64,000 nt of DNA from a bacterium (GCA_965218795.1 OZ244653.1:3648001-3712000); one strand, 5' to 3'; counted from the first letter of the stretch, positions 47,943 to 58,892 are shown. Numbers and translations: made by a program. The notes: a model not told the origin generated them from the letters alone.

Positions 47943-48088
47943 CGGACTTCTCGCGTTCCCCCACTTGCCAGCGGAGAAATCATTGGAGCGAGTGGGGCGG
48001 TCCCGCCCTTGCGAATTACAAAATTCTCGAAATCGACGAAGTACTTTTGGAAAATTTATCGGTTTGTTTTTGAAGTGGACTCAACCTG

Positions 48089-48817
48089 TTGGCCACCCTG
48101 ATCTCCACGGTGTGGCTCTCGGTCCACCCCCCGCACGGGGGATCGGAACCAAAGGTTCCAGAAAGCGGTTTCCCTGTAAACCTGGTGAGCGCTTCCGACA
48201 GTAAACGGTTGCGGGAAATCCTCGAAGATTTCTCCATCTTCCGTCAGGATGTCATCCGCTTTGAAAGCGCGCCGAAGGTCTATCGATACCTTCTCGATCG
48301 GATTCCTCTCTCGGCCACGCTCATTCGCCTGCTCAAATTCGGGAAGTACAGGATTACGGAATCCACCGAAGGGCAGCTCCTTATGGACAATCAGGAAGGG
48401 CTGACCATGAAAGTGTGGATTTTCCACAAGGATGAGAAGCAGCTCGTCGCGCTGGCCGAAGGCGCCTATCATTCCTGGTGGACCACCGGAATCCGCGGCC
48501 GGGGGGCAATCTGGATTCAATTTCGTCCGCGGTTGATCAAGAGCGGCCCCGTGATGGAAAACAATTTTGTCGGTTACATCAAGTTTCGCAATCCGGTGGT
48601 CGAGATCGTCGCCAAGGTGGCGGACTTCTTCTTAAGACGGATGACGGACCGGGAGATCGGGAGAGGTCAAAGCGCCGGCCGGCTATTGGCGGAGCTGCTC
48701 GCGAAGGAGCCGGCCAAGGTTTATGAGGCCATGCAAAAGAGCCCGGAAGTCACCCCCCGGCAGGTGGAAGAGTTTCGGGACTATTTCCTCCGTTCTTTGG
48801 TTTCCGCGGAGCCATAG
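48089..48817 (+). CDS. Hypothetical protein; start uncertain
   Basis: 242-aa ORF with typical codon pattern, same strand as the upstream gene. Confidence 0.7.
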   Translation: MATLISTVWLSVHPPHGGSEPKVPESGFPVNLVSASDSKRLREILEDFSIFRQDVIRFESAPKVYRYLLDRIPLSATLIRLLKFGKYRITESTEGQLLMDNQEGLTMKVWIFHKDEKQLVALAEGAYHSWWTTGIRGRGAIWIQFRPRLIKSGPVMENNFVGYIKFRNPVVEIVAKVADFFLRRMTDREIGRGQSAGRLLAELLAKEPAKVYEAMQKSPEVTPRQVEEFRDYFLRSLVSAEP

Positions 48818-48855
48818 GCTCGGGGGTTGGAACGGTCTGGCGGCCCATCCGCAGG

Positions 48856-49848
48856 CTATTCTTGCGGAAAGAAACCCAGTGCAACCGGTACGGGCGACCC
48901 TTTGACCCCCAGGGCGTGGGCTGGGGCAAAGGTTCTTTCCACAAACAACTGAGCGGATGTTCCGCCATCCATATTGAGCGCCCATTCAATTCGGCTCTCC
49001 GAAGCGTCCGTCTCCGAGCCCCCGTCGCTGTACTGGAGAAGCACGTCTCGAATCTCGCACCAGTTCATTCCGCCCAGGGGCGATGACGTCACCCAGATGA
49101 GAATCCTCCCTCTGGCGTCCAACGCAAGGATCGTGCGCCCGTCCAGCCGTTTTGCGTCATTCAACCCGTTCAGAGATGAAACATCCCTCCCGTTGGCGAT
49201 CAACAACGGACCTGCCTGGAGTGCGACTTCCTCCCCGTCAGGGCGGTAATCCTCGTTCCGCTGAATGGACGGGCGTCCATTTTTCATGAGGAACACACCG
49301 TCGTACAGGACGTCGCTCCGGCGGCCCCGCAGTCTGACGAGGGATTTCTTGCGCTTCCCATCGACAATCACAAGACCGAGGGGCCGAAAGGTCGTATCGA
49401 AGTACCCGCCGTTCGTCACGGCCAACGCACCGGAGCGATTGGCAAATTCATCAACCGTGGCGCTCTCCTGGCCGAAGGCCTTGGAGACCAGCCCCCGAAC
49501 GGCAACGGCGGCGGGGTCGGCTCGAACGATGTGCAGCGTTGCAGACGTGTCGCCGCCTTCCAGTGAGACACGGAGAATGCGCCCTTCAAGACCCTTGTAC
49601 AGTGTCCGCCAAGCGTCTCCCCGCGCGGTCAGAGACATTCCGCAGGGCCGCTCGCCGAGAAGCAGTCTTCTCGCGTGTTTCATCTTGTCCAGGATTTCGT
49701 CTGAAATGGATTGGGCCGAAGCCCTTCGGGCATTCTCGGAGTGGGGGGAGCCGCCGGCAAGAAACCCGACGGTGATGGACAGGAGAACAACCGCAACTTT
49801 TCTTGGCGTCAGTGATCGGCTTCGGGAGCCGGCGGAAGCGAAAATCAT
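48856..49848 (-). CDS. Phosphodiester glycosidase (NAGPA/DUF2233) family protein
   Basis: TNGGYFD..RPLGL, QAGPLL, RT, ALNMDGGTS; N-terminal hydrophobic segment. Confidence 0.85.
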   Translation of the reverse strand: MIFASAGSRSRSLTPRKVAVVLLSITVGFLAGGSPHSENARRASAQSISDEILDKMKHARRLLLGERPCGMSLTARGDAWRTLYKGLEGRILRVSLEGGDTSATLHIVRADPAAVAVRGLVSKAFGQESATVDEFANRSGALAVTNGGYFDTTFRPLGLVIVDGKRKKSLVRLRGRRSDVLYDGVFLMKNGRPSIQRNEDYRPDGEEVALQAGPLLIANGRDVSSLNGLNDAKRLDGRTILALDARGRILIWVTSSPLGGMNWCEIRDVLLQYSDGGSETDASESRIEWALNMDGGTSAQLFVERTFAPAHALGVKGSPVPVALGFFPQE

Positions 49849-50007
49849 GGGAGAATTTTACCCCACCCGCAATTTCAGATGGAATGCTTTTTATTCATCC
49901 GGGAGAATCAGCGGATCTCGGGATCATGGAATGACCGTCCAGAGGCCGGTCCAGGTGCGGCGAAACCGGAGCGGCGCGTTGCCGTTTTTTCTCGTGAGCG
50001 ATGGGGG

Positions 50008-51138
50008 TCAAGGCTGCGTCATCCAGCGGACCAGAAACAGGCTTGCATCCGGCCAATACGTAATGATGAGCAGAGCGAAGAGCAGCAGGGCCAGAAAGGG
50101 AAGGGAGGCGCGGTAGAGTTCGGTGACGGGGCGCTCGAACCGGTAACTCGCAATGAACAGGTTGAGTCCCACCGGCGGCGTTGCGTATCCGATCTCCAGG
50201 TTGGTGAGGAAGATAATCCCCAGGTGAACCGGATGGACGCCGAACTCCCTGGCGATGGGCGTGATCAGCGGAACGACAACGATGATGGCCGAGAAAATAT
50301 CCATCATCATTCCCACGACCAGGAGAAACAGGTTCAGAATCATCAGGAACGCGATTCGGCTGTCGATGTTCTCGCGAACCGCCTCCAGCAGCCGCATGGG
50401 GATTTCTTCGTCGATGAGAAAGCTCGTGAACCCCAGGGCCGTTCCGAGAATGATGAGGATTCCCCCGACGAGGATCATGCTTTCCCGAATGATTCTCGGC
50501 AGATCCCTCTTGAGGTTCAGGTCCTTGTAGACGAAGACTTCAACCACGAGCAGGTAGAAGGCCGTCACGGAGGCCGCAGGGCCGCCCGGTGTGATTTCAT
50601 TCCGGTCCGCATGCAGTAGAGGGCCAGGACCGCGATGATCAGGATTCCGGGAAAGAAACCGGCCAGGAAGAGGTGGTCCACCCGCGTCTGGGCGACCAGA
50701 CCGTAGAGTATCAAGGGAAGACTCGGTGCGAAGAGAAGGCCGAGACTGCCCGATGTGGTCAGCAGGCCGAGGGAGAACTTCTCCCCAAAACCCTCCTGCA
50801 TCAGCATCGGCGCCAGAAGCCCTGAAGGCCGTGAATCCGGCGCAGGCGACCAGGGTCACAAAGGCCACCCCTCCCGGCATCCATCCGAACAACGCGCGGG
50901 AGACGGCCAGCAGACGCTGGGGGGCGCCGCTTTTGGCCAGCAGGTATCCGGCAAAGGTGAAGAGCGGAATGGCCAGGAGGGTCGGCGCGCTGGCCATTCG
51001 GTAGAATTCGATCAGCACTGCGGCCGGGTGGATGCCCGCCGATTGAAATCCCAGGAGCGCGGCCCCCCCGATGACCCCGAACAAGGGCATGCCCAAGAGG
51101 GCCAGGAGAATCAGGACGAGCGAGCCCGCAAGGATCAT
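50008..51138 (-). pseudogene. TRAP large permease DctM with two internal deletions/frameshifts
   Basis: LLAIPLFTFAGY and NLEIGYATPPVGLNLF in one frame; middle part TSGSLGLLFAPSLPLILYG in another frame (50565-50807). Confidence 0.85.
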
Positions 51139-51640
51139 GACGAGCCCTCCTCGTCCGCGGCAGCCTCGAGCGGCCCGCCCGCGGCAAGAAGCCCGAGGCG
51201 AAACGTGATGATCAGGAACTCCAGCGGGATGATGACCTGCGCGGCCCAGGTGGGCACTCCGAGCGCCAGGACCGTCTTCGCCTCTCGTTCCAGCGCGACC
51301 AGCGTCCATCCGGCCCAGGCGAGCGTCCCCGCGACGGCGAGAACCGCGATGGCGGTGATGCGTTCCACCCAGACCTGGCAGCCGGCGGGGATGAGCCGGG
51401 GGACGATGTCGATCCGAATATGACGGGCCCGGCGGGTCGCGAGAGAGGCTCCCACCAGAGCGATCCAGAGGACCCCGTGGCGGAGCAGAACGTCCGTGCC
51501 TTCCACTCCGGCATGAAAGAGGTTGCGGAGAAGGACTTGGAGAAAGGAACCGCCGATCATGACGATCAGCAGGATGACGAGCGCGATTCCCTCCGCCCTC
51601 GCCAGCGACCGCTCAAAGGCCCGGAGGGTCCCGGAAGGGG
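51135..51640 (-). CDS. TRAP small permease DctQ; start codon not evident
   Basis: QVLLRN, LWIALVGASLATRRARHIRID, P.WAAQVIIP. Confidence 0.75.
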
Positions 51641-52702
51641 GTGGTCCCGCCGGTAATCCTTCAGTGCGGCCAAGACATCGGCCAACAGGTCGGGCGGAAA
51701 GAGCTTCCCGCTGAGCCGGTCCCAGGTGGAGCGGCCGATCTCCGGAAATGCCTTCAGGTCTTTTGGGGGAGGCATGGGGAGGAGCTTCACGCCTTCCTTT
51801 TGGATCTCGCGGACGGCCTCCCGGTTCTCCTTGCGGCTCAGGCGGATCAGTCGGGGAAAATGCCGTTTGCCCTCCTCCTTCAGAACGGTCTGCTGTTTTG
51901 GCGAGAGGCGATCGAAGGTCTTTTTGGAAATCAGAATGGCGCCGGTCGCGTTGCTGATCGGCAGGGCGGTCATATACTCGACCCGGGTGAACCATTGCAA
52001 TGCGACCGCGCCAAGAGGGGAGGCGTATACCGTGTCGATCAGGCCGGTTTGCAGCGAGGTCAGAACGTCCGTGATGGAGAGCGCAATCGGCGTGATACGG
52101 AGGGCCTGGAAGTAGGCCTTGACCAGAAGATCGCCCTCCCAGGCCCAGAGCTTGGCATGGGTCAAGTCCTCTTGCGTGCGAATCGCACGTTTGGAGAACA
52201 GATGGACCAGGCCGACCTCGGCCCAACCCAAGAGGACGAATCCCTTGTCTTCAAACGCGGCAAACAGCCGGGGACCGACGCGCTTGTGCACGAAATCGCT
52301 CTCTCCCTCCCGAAAAAAGAGAAAGGGCAGCTCCAGAACGCGCGCCTCGGGAAGGATCTCGCCAAGCCCCACCCCGGTGAACCCGGCGCTGTGAAGCTGG
52401 CCGATCCGCATCTTCCGCACAACGTCCTTTTCGTCCCCCTGAACCCCTCCGGCATAAATCCTGAAGCGGACCTGCCCGCCGGTCTTCTGCTTGACCCCCC
52501 GAGCGAAGTCCCGCATCACGTTCATCCAGGTGGACCCCTCCGGGGCCAGGGTGGCGAACTTGATCCGGTGTTTTCGCGCGGCCGCGGCGTCGGACGGTCC
52601 CAGCGGTCCCATCCCCGGCGGCACGGCGAGGATGGCGGCGCACAGGACTCCGGCGACGGAGGCGAAGAGAGGGCTTCGAAAGCCTTTTGGCGCGTGTCTC
52701 AT
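51566..52702 (-). CDS. TRAP substrate-binding protein DctP (TPAT type); stop runs into dctQ
   Basis: IKFATLAPEGSTW, GGVQGDEKD, DVLTSLQTGLID, ALQW. Confidence 0.9.
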   Translation of the reverse strand: MRHAPKGFRSPLFASVAGVLCAAILAVPPGMGPLGPSDAAAARKHRIKFATLAPEGSTWMNVMRDFARGVKQKTGGQVRFRIYAGGVQGDEKDVVRKMRIGQLHSAGFTGVGLGEILPEARVLELPFLFFREGESDFVHKRVGPRLFAAFEDKGFVLLGWAEVGLVHLFSKRAIRTQEDLTHAKLWAWEGDLLVKAYFQALRITPIALSITDVLTSLQTGLIDTVYASPLGAVALQWFTRVEYMTALPISNATGAILISKKTFDRLSPKQQTVLKEEGKRHFPRLIRLSRKENREAVREIQKEGVKLLPMPPPKDLKAFPEIGRSTWDRLSGKLFPPDLLADVLAALKDYRRDHPLPGPSGPLSGRWRGRRESRSSSC

Positions 52703-53537
52703 CAGAAAAACTCGTCCGCGTCCTCAAGCATAAGGCGCGCTCGTTTTCGCGCCATGGTATTGGCGAGGGTTTCGGCGGGGAGGATACCGGCCGGCGTATC
52801 CGTCACCTTGCGCAACAGCCTCTCGTATTCCGCCCGGTTCTGAGCCGGAACGGCATAATAGCGGGCGTAGAATACCCAATTCATGAGGAACCTTCCCCCC
52901 GAAATCTCGACCGCCCGGTCAAAGTGCCGTTGAGCCGCGGCGACGTCTCCGCCCGCGAGCTTCGGCCTGCCTCCGAAATACGAGCCGAGGAACACGTGGG
53001 CTCCGCCGTAGAAGTAGGATTCCTCGACGGCCACGACGCGCTCCATTATTGCGGCCACGCGGGGAGTGGATTGGTTCAGGTTGATCCAGCCGGCCCAATT
53101 GTAGGCCGTCCAGAACAGGGCGGGTTGAACCCCCGAAGGCGGAGCAGCCTGAGGCCGTAATCGCGCTCCCGGAGATAGAGCTTTCCGGCCCGCTTCCGGT
53201 CGCCTCCCTCGGCGAAAGCCAATGCGTATCCGCCGAAGCCCCTGGCCGCCAGCAGCAAGAGTCCCCGGTGATCCGGATCGGATTTCAACAACCCTTCGAG
53301 AAGCTTGAGATTGGAGGCCGCCTCCGATTCCGCGAGGATGAGGTCGTCCTCTTCATTGAATGCGGCAAAGGCATCCTGGACGACTTCCGCGGTGGCGCGC
53401 ACGGCGATCTGCTTCAGCGTGCATCCGGAGATTGCCAGGATGATCCCCAGCAGGGGGAGCCAAAACCGGAACGAAGACCGTGGTGAAGAGCCGGTTCCCC
53501 GTCCCCAGGGGAATGGGTTTTTTGAAACGTTCCGCAC
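52702..53537 (-). pseudogene. TRAP TatT-component lipoprotein, frameshifted near 53125
   Basis: ISGC lipobox, EEDDLILA..NLKLLEGL, YALAF; second frame PALFWTAYNWAG...YFYGGAH...GGD....RHF..A...N..AR.RA..L. Confidence 0.8.
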
Positions 53538-53721
53538 CGGTGCGTTGAGAGAGAAGGCGCAGGCTCATGCGGGTTTCAGTCTTGGTTGCCGATGTTTTGA
53601 ATGGTCAAGCGGGGTATTTCCACGGCCGTCGCCCGGTTCCTTTATTCCAATGCGATTGCGCAGGTACAACGGGTGCCGCCTTGTCCTTCGGCAACGCTTC
53701 ACCCGTTTCGGAGTCCGCCTT

Positions 53722-54187
53722 TCAGGGGATCATAAGGGTCAACGGGCCGTTCCTCTTTCTGGAGGTTCTCTCCGTCCGAGCGACCTGATGATGAATGAAA
53801 AGCTCCATTTGCCGGATAATTTCCGATGCTGTGGCGTGATCCTTCCGGAACCAGCTGCGCTTTGCATTGACGGTCACTCTCGAGGCCCGAGTCGTGACGC
53901 GCTCGATCTCGATCTCGATGGCCAGTTGCTTCGTCGCCGCCGAGATTTTGAAACCCGTACGGGTGGGGACGGTTTCTTCGTGATTGAACCCCATTTCTTC
54001 CAGGACCTCGATCGATACGCTTTTCACCGTCGCGACCTCGCTGGTGAAGGTCTTGTGGGCGAGATTATCGAATACGTATTCGAGCCCAGTCAGAGTGCCC
54101 GTGGCCCCCCCCCGCAATGATGGCGGTGCACCCTCCCGAGAAGAGCAGGGAGATCATCAGAAGGAAAGGAAGGGCGATGCGACTCAT
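53722..54187 (-). pseudogene. DUF3568-like lipoprotein frameshifted at a G9 tract
   Basis: MSRIALPFLLMISLLFSGGC lipobox; C9 at 54105-54113; G8 would join it to ATGTLTGLEY...KDHATASEII. Confidence 0.75.
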
Positions 54188-54550
54188 TGCGACCTGCCCG
54201 TAGAAGTCATCGGCATGTTCCGTGACCCGATTTCTCGGCGGTTCCCCGCGTCCACCCTGAACCGAAAACCAGTCTGTGTATGTCAGCCCCTTGATGAAGA
54301 ACCGCAGAAACAAGTATCCCGATTTATTCCAAAACGTCAACTGTTAATTTAAGAAAATACTCATAACATCTTGCAATTAAAACATAATTTCTCTTTGGTC
54401 TTGTTGCCTGCTTTGGAACACCTCAGCAGGTTCCGGGTTCCGTCCGGTGGCCGGTGGCGTCAACCGGACCGTCAACGAGAACGCCGGTTCCTGACAGACG
54501 GTTTGGAAGTTGCGGTGGTTCTTCTGATTCCCGCCCGAGCGGATCAATCT

Positions 54551-54593
54551 GGAAGGCCGAAACGGCTGTCAGGCCGTTCCGGCTTTCTTTTTT
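54551..54593 (+). terminator. Intrinsic terminator-like hairpin with T tract
   Basis: GAAGGCCGAAACGGC-TGTCAG-GCCGTTCCGGCTTTC-TTTTTT. Confidence 0.55.
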
Positions 54594-54635
54594 CGGGCAT
54601 CGTCCGCTCCGCGGACACTCGGTAAAATTCGCTTT

Positions 54636-55583
54636 CTATCCGGGCGGTGCGATCACCGGGTTCTCCAGGACTCCCACCTTTTCCACTTCACATTCCATCC
54701 GGTCCCCGGCCGCCAGGAAATGGGGGGGATCCATGGCGAATCCGCACCCTTCCGGCGTTCCGGTGGCGATGATGTCGCCGGGTTCGAGGGTGATGCCCCC
54801 GGAGTAGACCGAGACACAGGTGGGGATGTCGAAGATGAACTGGGAGGTGTTCGCGCTTTGGCGGATCTCGCCGTTGATTCGGCACGAGATATCGAGATTG
54901 TGCGGATCCGGAACCTCGTCCTTGGTGACAATCCACGGACCGATAGGGCAGGAGGTATCGAGGGATTTCCCCATATACCACTGGTTATGCCGGTGCTGCA
55001 GGTCCCGGGCGGAGACGTCGTTGCAGATGGTGTAGCCGAAGATGTGACCGATAACCCGTTCGGGGGGTATGCTGCGGCCTCCCGGTCCGATGATGACGAC
55101 CAGCTCGGCCTCGTAATCCAATTCCTTCGTGACCGGGTGATGGATCACCCCTTCCTTGTGTCCGACAAGGCTTGTGACCGTTTTGGTGAAGTAAATCGGG
55201 TTTTCGATGACCGCAGAGCCGATTTCGGCGCCGTAGACGCGCGCACCCTCCTCCGCGTGGGCCTGATAATTCCGGCCCAGCATGATCGGGTTCTTGCCGG
55301 GCCTCGGAAGCGGGGGAAGGAAGGAGACCCCGTCCACAGGTCGAGCGGCGCCTTCCGGAAGGAGATCGCTCAGACCGTCCAGCTTTTCCTCCAGCCTCCT
55401 CAGTGGCGATTCCCAAACGTCCCAGGCGGTGATGACGCCCTTCAGGTCAGGCAGCGTACCCGGCGGGGACTGTCCCAAATCCTTAGCCACCGTTTTCAGA
55501 CAGGCCTGGATGTCGTACACCGTTCCCTGCGCGTGGAGACCGACGGTCTCGCCGGCGTTCGTCCGGTAAGTCAAGAGCTGCAT
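54636..55583 (-). CDS. Fumarylacetoacetate hydrolase family protein
   Basis: GRNYQAH, LDYEAEL, NDVSARD, GKSLDT..PIGP, GDIIATGTP; AAGGAGG SD. Confidence 0.93.
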   Translation of the reverse strand: MQLLTYRTNAGETVGLHAQGTVYDIQACLKTVAKDLGQSPPGTLPDLKGVITAWDVWESPLRRLEEKLDGLSDLLPEGAARPVDGVSFLPPLPRPGKNPIMLGRNYQAHAEEGARVYGAEIGSAVIENPIYFTKTVTSLVGHKEGVIHHPVTKELDYEAELVVIIGPGGRSIPPERVIGHIFGYTICNDVSARDLQHRHNQWYMGKSLDTSCPIGPWIVTKDEVPDPHNLDISCRINGEIRQSANTSQFIFDIPTCVSVYSGGITLEPGDIIATGTPEGCGFAMDPPHFLAAGDRMECEVEKVGVLENPVIAPPG

Positions 55584-55811
55584 GATGTCCTCCTTCGCCA
55601 AGCGCGCGAAAATCATTTCGAGGCCACGCCCTCGAAGAGCCATTCTCCGAGATGATCTTCGAAACAGCTGCCGTGACGGCTTTCAAATGGGTTTCAAGGT
55701 TGGGGCGGCTGTTTCGACGCCCGTTTGTACGGCAATTCCGGATAGTCTAGTATCTTCGCGGTATTGCGATCTTTTTCTGTCCGCAAATCATCCCTAGAAC
55801 GGAACGAGCCG

Positions 55812-56480
55812 TTGCCCGCCATCGACTATGAGGGCTTGGGGTTCCGCTCCGGCCTGGAGGTCCATTATCAGCCGCTCACCTCCCGGAAGCTGTTTTGCCG
55901 TTGTCCGGCAGGCCGGTATTCTCCCAACTTCGACGCGGAGATACGCCGTCACATGCGCCCCACGCTTTCGGAGTTGGGGGAATATGACGGCACGGCCCTT
56001 GATGGAGTTCAAGACCCGGAAAGAGGTGGTTGACCAAAATCGCAACGACACGGTGTGCACCCGCGAGATGGACGACACGTCGCCCTTCCCGCCCGATCCC
56101 CAGGCCATTGATATCGTCTTGGAGATGAAACTCCTGTTGGATTGTAGCATTGTGGGCGCGGTCCACGTCACCCGCAAGCAGTACCTGGACGGAAGTATCC
56201 CGACGGGTTTCCAAAGAACGGCCATCATTGGGGTGAGCGGGACGATTCATCTCGCGGAGTGGAAGATCTCCATCATACAGCTGAGTATGAAAGAGGATTC
56301 CTGCCGGGAGGTGAAGGACGAAGGGCACTGGATTGCCTTTCGTACCGACCGCCTGGGAATGCCCTTGGTCGAAGTGGCCGAGGTCGGCCGCCGAATCGGC
56401 GGAATCCTCCGTTCCACCGGAAGGGCCCGCAGGGGACTCGGCTCGTCAACGTGAGCATCCGGGGCGCCCCCCGCGTTTCG
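55812..56480 (+). pseudogene. gatE: Fragmented Glu-tRNA(Gln) amidotransferase subunit E (archaeal-type GatE)
   Basis: IDYEGLGFRSGLEVH, KLFCRCP, RPTLSELGEYDGTAL, frameshift, EMDDT.PF, RKQYLDGSIPTGFQRT, EDSCR, DRLGMPLVE, RSTGRARRGLG, frameshift, VNVSIRG.PRV. Confidence 0.85.
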
Positions 56481-56556
56481 GATACTCCCTTCACCGTCGT
56501 CCGGTCCCTATCCGGCCGGGGCGCGCGGGACGATTCTTGTGAGCGGACCGCGGGCG

Positions 56557-57669
56557 TCACTCGGCCAGGGCGGTGAGTATCCGCTCGTTTTCCTCCCGCG
56601 TTCCGATGGAGATCCGGACGGTTCCCGGCGCGCCGAACCCTTTTCCCGCCCGGGCCAGAATGCCCCGGTCGAGCAGGCTCTCGAAGACTTCGTCGGCCTT
56701 TTTCTGATCGCCGAAGTCCATCAGAATGAAGTTGGTCTGCGAGGGGACGTAGCGCATCCCTCTCTCCCTGAGATCAGCCTCGATGTATCTCCGCTCCCCG
56801 ATGATGAATTCCCGGCTTTGCCGGTAGTGGTCATCGTCCTCCAGCGCCGCCAGTGCGGCGGCCTGCGCGACCCGGTTGACGTTGAAGAATTCTTTGGCGC
56901 GGAAAATATATGAGATCATCTCCGGCTCGCCCAACAGATAACCCACCCGAAGCCCGGCCAGGCCGTATACCTTGGAGAACGTCCGGACGATCAGCAGGTG
57001 AGGCGGAATCCCGTCTCGGAGGCGTCCGATGGTGTCTGCATAGAGGACTCCGTCTTCGACGAAGTCGCGGTAGGCCTCGTCCAAGACGACGACCGTATGG
57101 GGCGGGACCGCGGCCGCGATCCGCTCAAAATCCTCCGGGGCCAGCAGGGTGGCCGTCGGGTTGTTGGGGTTGCAGAGATAGAGCAGCTTGGTCCTCTCGT
57201 TCATCCGGCTCAGGACGTCCTCCACATCGATGGCGAAGTTCTTCAGCGGGCTCAGGATCACGCTGGCTCCCGCCACCTGCGCCCCCTGGACATAGGTCGA
57301 GAAAGCCGGCCAGGGGATCAGCACCTCGTCTTCCGGATTCAGAAGGACGCGGGAGAAGACGGAAATGACCTCATCGCCTCCATTTCCCACGAACACGTGG
57401 TCGGCCGTGAGACCGAGCTTGGCCCCAATGGCCTGCCGGAGTTCGAGGCTCATCGGGTCGGGGTACCGGTTGGGCTCGCCGAGGGCCTGCCGGGCGGCCT
57501 CGACGGCCTTGGGCGACGGGGGCAGGGGGTTTTCGTTGGTTCCGATGCGGGCCACCTCGCGGCCGGACCGCCGTTTCACCTCTTCGAGATCGGCAATGGG
57601 CGCAATGGGGGACAGATCGGCGATCCCCTTCCGTAAGACGCGCTCGACGGGGATTTTCTTTTCACTCAT
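56557..57669 (-). CDS. hisC: Histidinol-phosphate aminotransferase family protein
   Basis: TNENPLPPS, RYPD, GNGGDE, CNPNNPT, DEAY, RTFSKVYGLAGLRVGY. Confidence 0.9.
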   Translation of the reverse strand: MSEKKIPVERVLRKGIADLSPIAPIADLEEVKRRSGREVARIGTNENPLPPSPKAVEAARQALGEPNRYPDPMSLELRQAIGAKLGLTADHVFVGNGGDEVISVFSRVLLNPEDEVLIPWPAFSTYVQGAQVAGASVILSPLKNFAIDVEDVLSRMNERTKLLYLCNPNNPTATLLAPEDFERIAAAVPPHTVVVLDEAYRDFVEDGVLYADTIGRLRDGIPPHLLIVRTFSKVYGLAGLRVGYLLGEPEMISYIFRAKEFFNVNRVAQAAALAALEDDDHYRQSREFIIGERRYIEADLRERGMRYVPSQTNFILMDFGDQKKADEVFESLLDRGILARAGKGFGAPGTVRISIGTREENERILTALAE

Positions 57670-58892
57670 GTTCGATGGGGTTCCAGGTTGGAGGGGTTCA
57701 TGAGAAAGTGCAGGATCGCGCCCGCGCCGGCGGTGATCTCCTCGACAGGGACGAATTCATCTTTGGAATGGGCAAGGCCCAGGTCACCGGGGCCGAAGAT
57801 GAGAGTCGGCATCTTTTCGGCGAAGTAAGCGGCGTCCGTCCAGGCCCCCATTACGTTTCGAGCGGGCGCCCGGCCCACTTCCTCTTCCACGGCGGTCGAA
57901 AGCGCCGAGACCAGGGGGTGGTTCGGATCGATCTCCATCGGATACCGAATGACGCCCTGCCGCGCCTCGGCCTTGAGGTCGGGGTCCCCTTCCGCCAGAC
58001 GGTGCACCGCTTCCTGAATGATCGCGAAGATCTCCTCCGCCTCCTGCCGAAGGCAGGTGCGGACCTCCAGCGTGAGACGGCAATGATCCGGAACCGTGCT
58101 GACGCCGGTGCCCCCCTGGATGACGCCCATGTGAATTCTCGGATAGTCCAGCAGGGGATGAACGCGCTTTCGGAACTCCGGCTTGAGGTCTTCCATCGCC
58201 CGGATGACGTCCGCCATTTTCGCGATGGCGTCGACCCCCTCCTCCGGGACGCTGCCGTGAACCGCCTTCCCGCGCGTCTCAACCTCGACCCAGAAGAAAC
58301 CCTTATGGGCGAGCACAAGATCCAGGCCTGTGGGTTCGCCGATGATGCAGACGTCTCCCCGAAGGTCCGCCAGCGCGCTGCGGGCGCCGGCGCTCTGGTC
58401 CTCCTCATCGCTGACCGCGGCGAGGGTAACGTTGACGGACGGTGGAGGCTCCAGCTTTTGGGCCGCCTGGATCGCCGCCGCGAACATGACGAGCTGTCCC
58501 TTGGCGTCCAGGGAGCCGCGGCCGTACAGCCTGCCGTCCCGGAGGGCCGGCTCGAAGGGAGCGTCCATTCCGGTGGTCTCGACCGTGTCGAGATGCGAGC
58601 ACAGGACGATTTCGGGGGCGGAATCCCCGGCGGGGGCCCATGCCCAGCGCGCCGTCACGTTGGGACGAAGGTCTGCGTGCTCACCCGCCTCCGCGGAAGG
58701 CGTCACTTCGACCCGGGCGCCCAGGTCCTCCAGGGCGCCGGCGAAGCGGGCCGCCGCTTCTTTCTCGCCCGGTCGGTCCCGGCCCGGCGCCCCTCCCTGC
58801 GAGGCCATCGGGTTCACGCTGTTGATCCGGACCAGGTCGGACAACAGATGAAGCGCGAATTCGCGATCGATCGGCGGGGGCGTGGCGGTCAC
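57666..58892 (-). CDS. M20 family deacylase (ArgE/DapE-like)
   Basis: SHLDTV, GRGSLDAKG, SDEE, IGEPT, HKG, GKAVHGS, AHSKDE. Confidence 0.92.
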   Translation of the reverse strand: MTATPPPIDREFALHLLSDLVRINSVNPMASQGGAPGRDRPGEKEAAARFAGALEDLGARVEVTPSAEAGEHADLRPNVTARWAWAPAGDSAPEIVLCSHLDTVETTGMDAPFEPALRDGRLYGRGSLDAKGQLVMFAAAIQAAQKLEPPPSVNVTLAAVSDEEDQSAGARSALADLRGDVCIIGEPTGLDLVLAHKGFFWVEVETRGKAVHGSVPEEGVDAIAKMADVIRAMEDLKPEFRKRVHPLLDYPRIHMGVIQGGTGVSTVPDHCRLTLEVRTCLRQEAEEIFAIIQEAVHRLAEGDPDLKAEARQGVIRYPMEIDPNHPLVSALSTAVEEEVGRAPARNVMGAWTDAAYFAEKMPTLIFGPGDLGLAHSKDEFVPVEEITAGAGAILHFLMNPSNLEPHRT

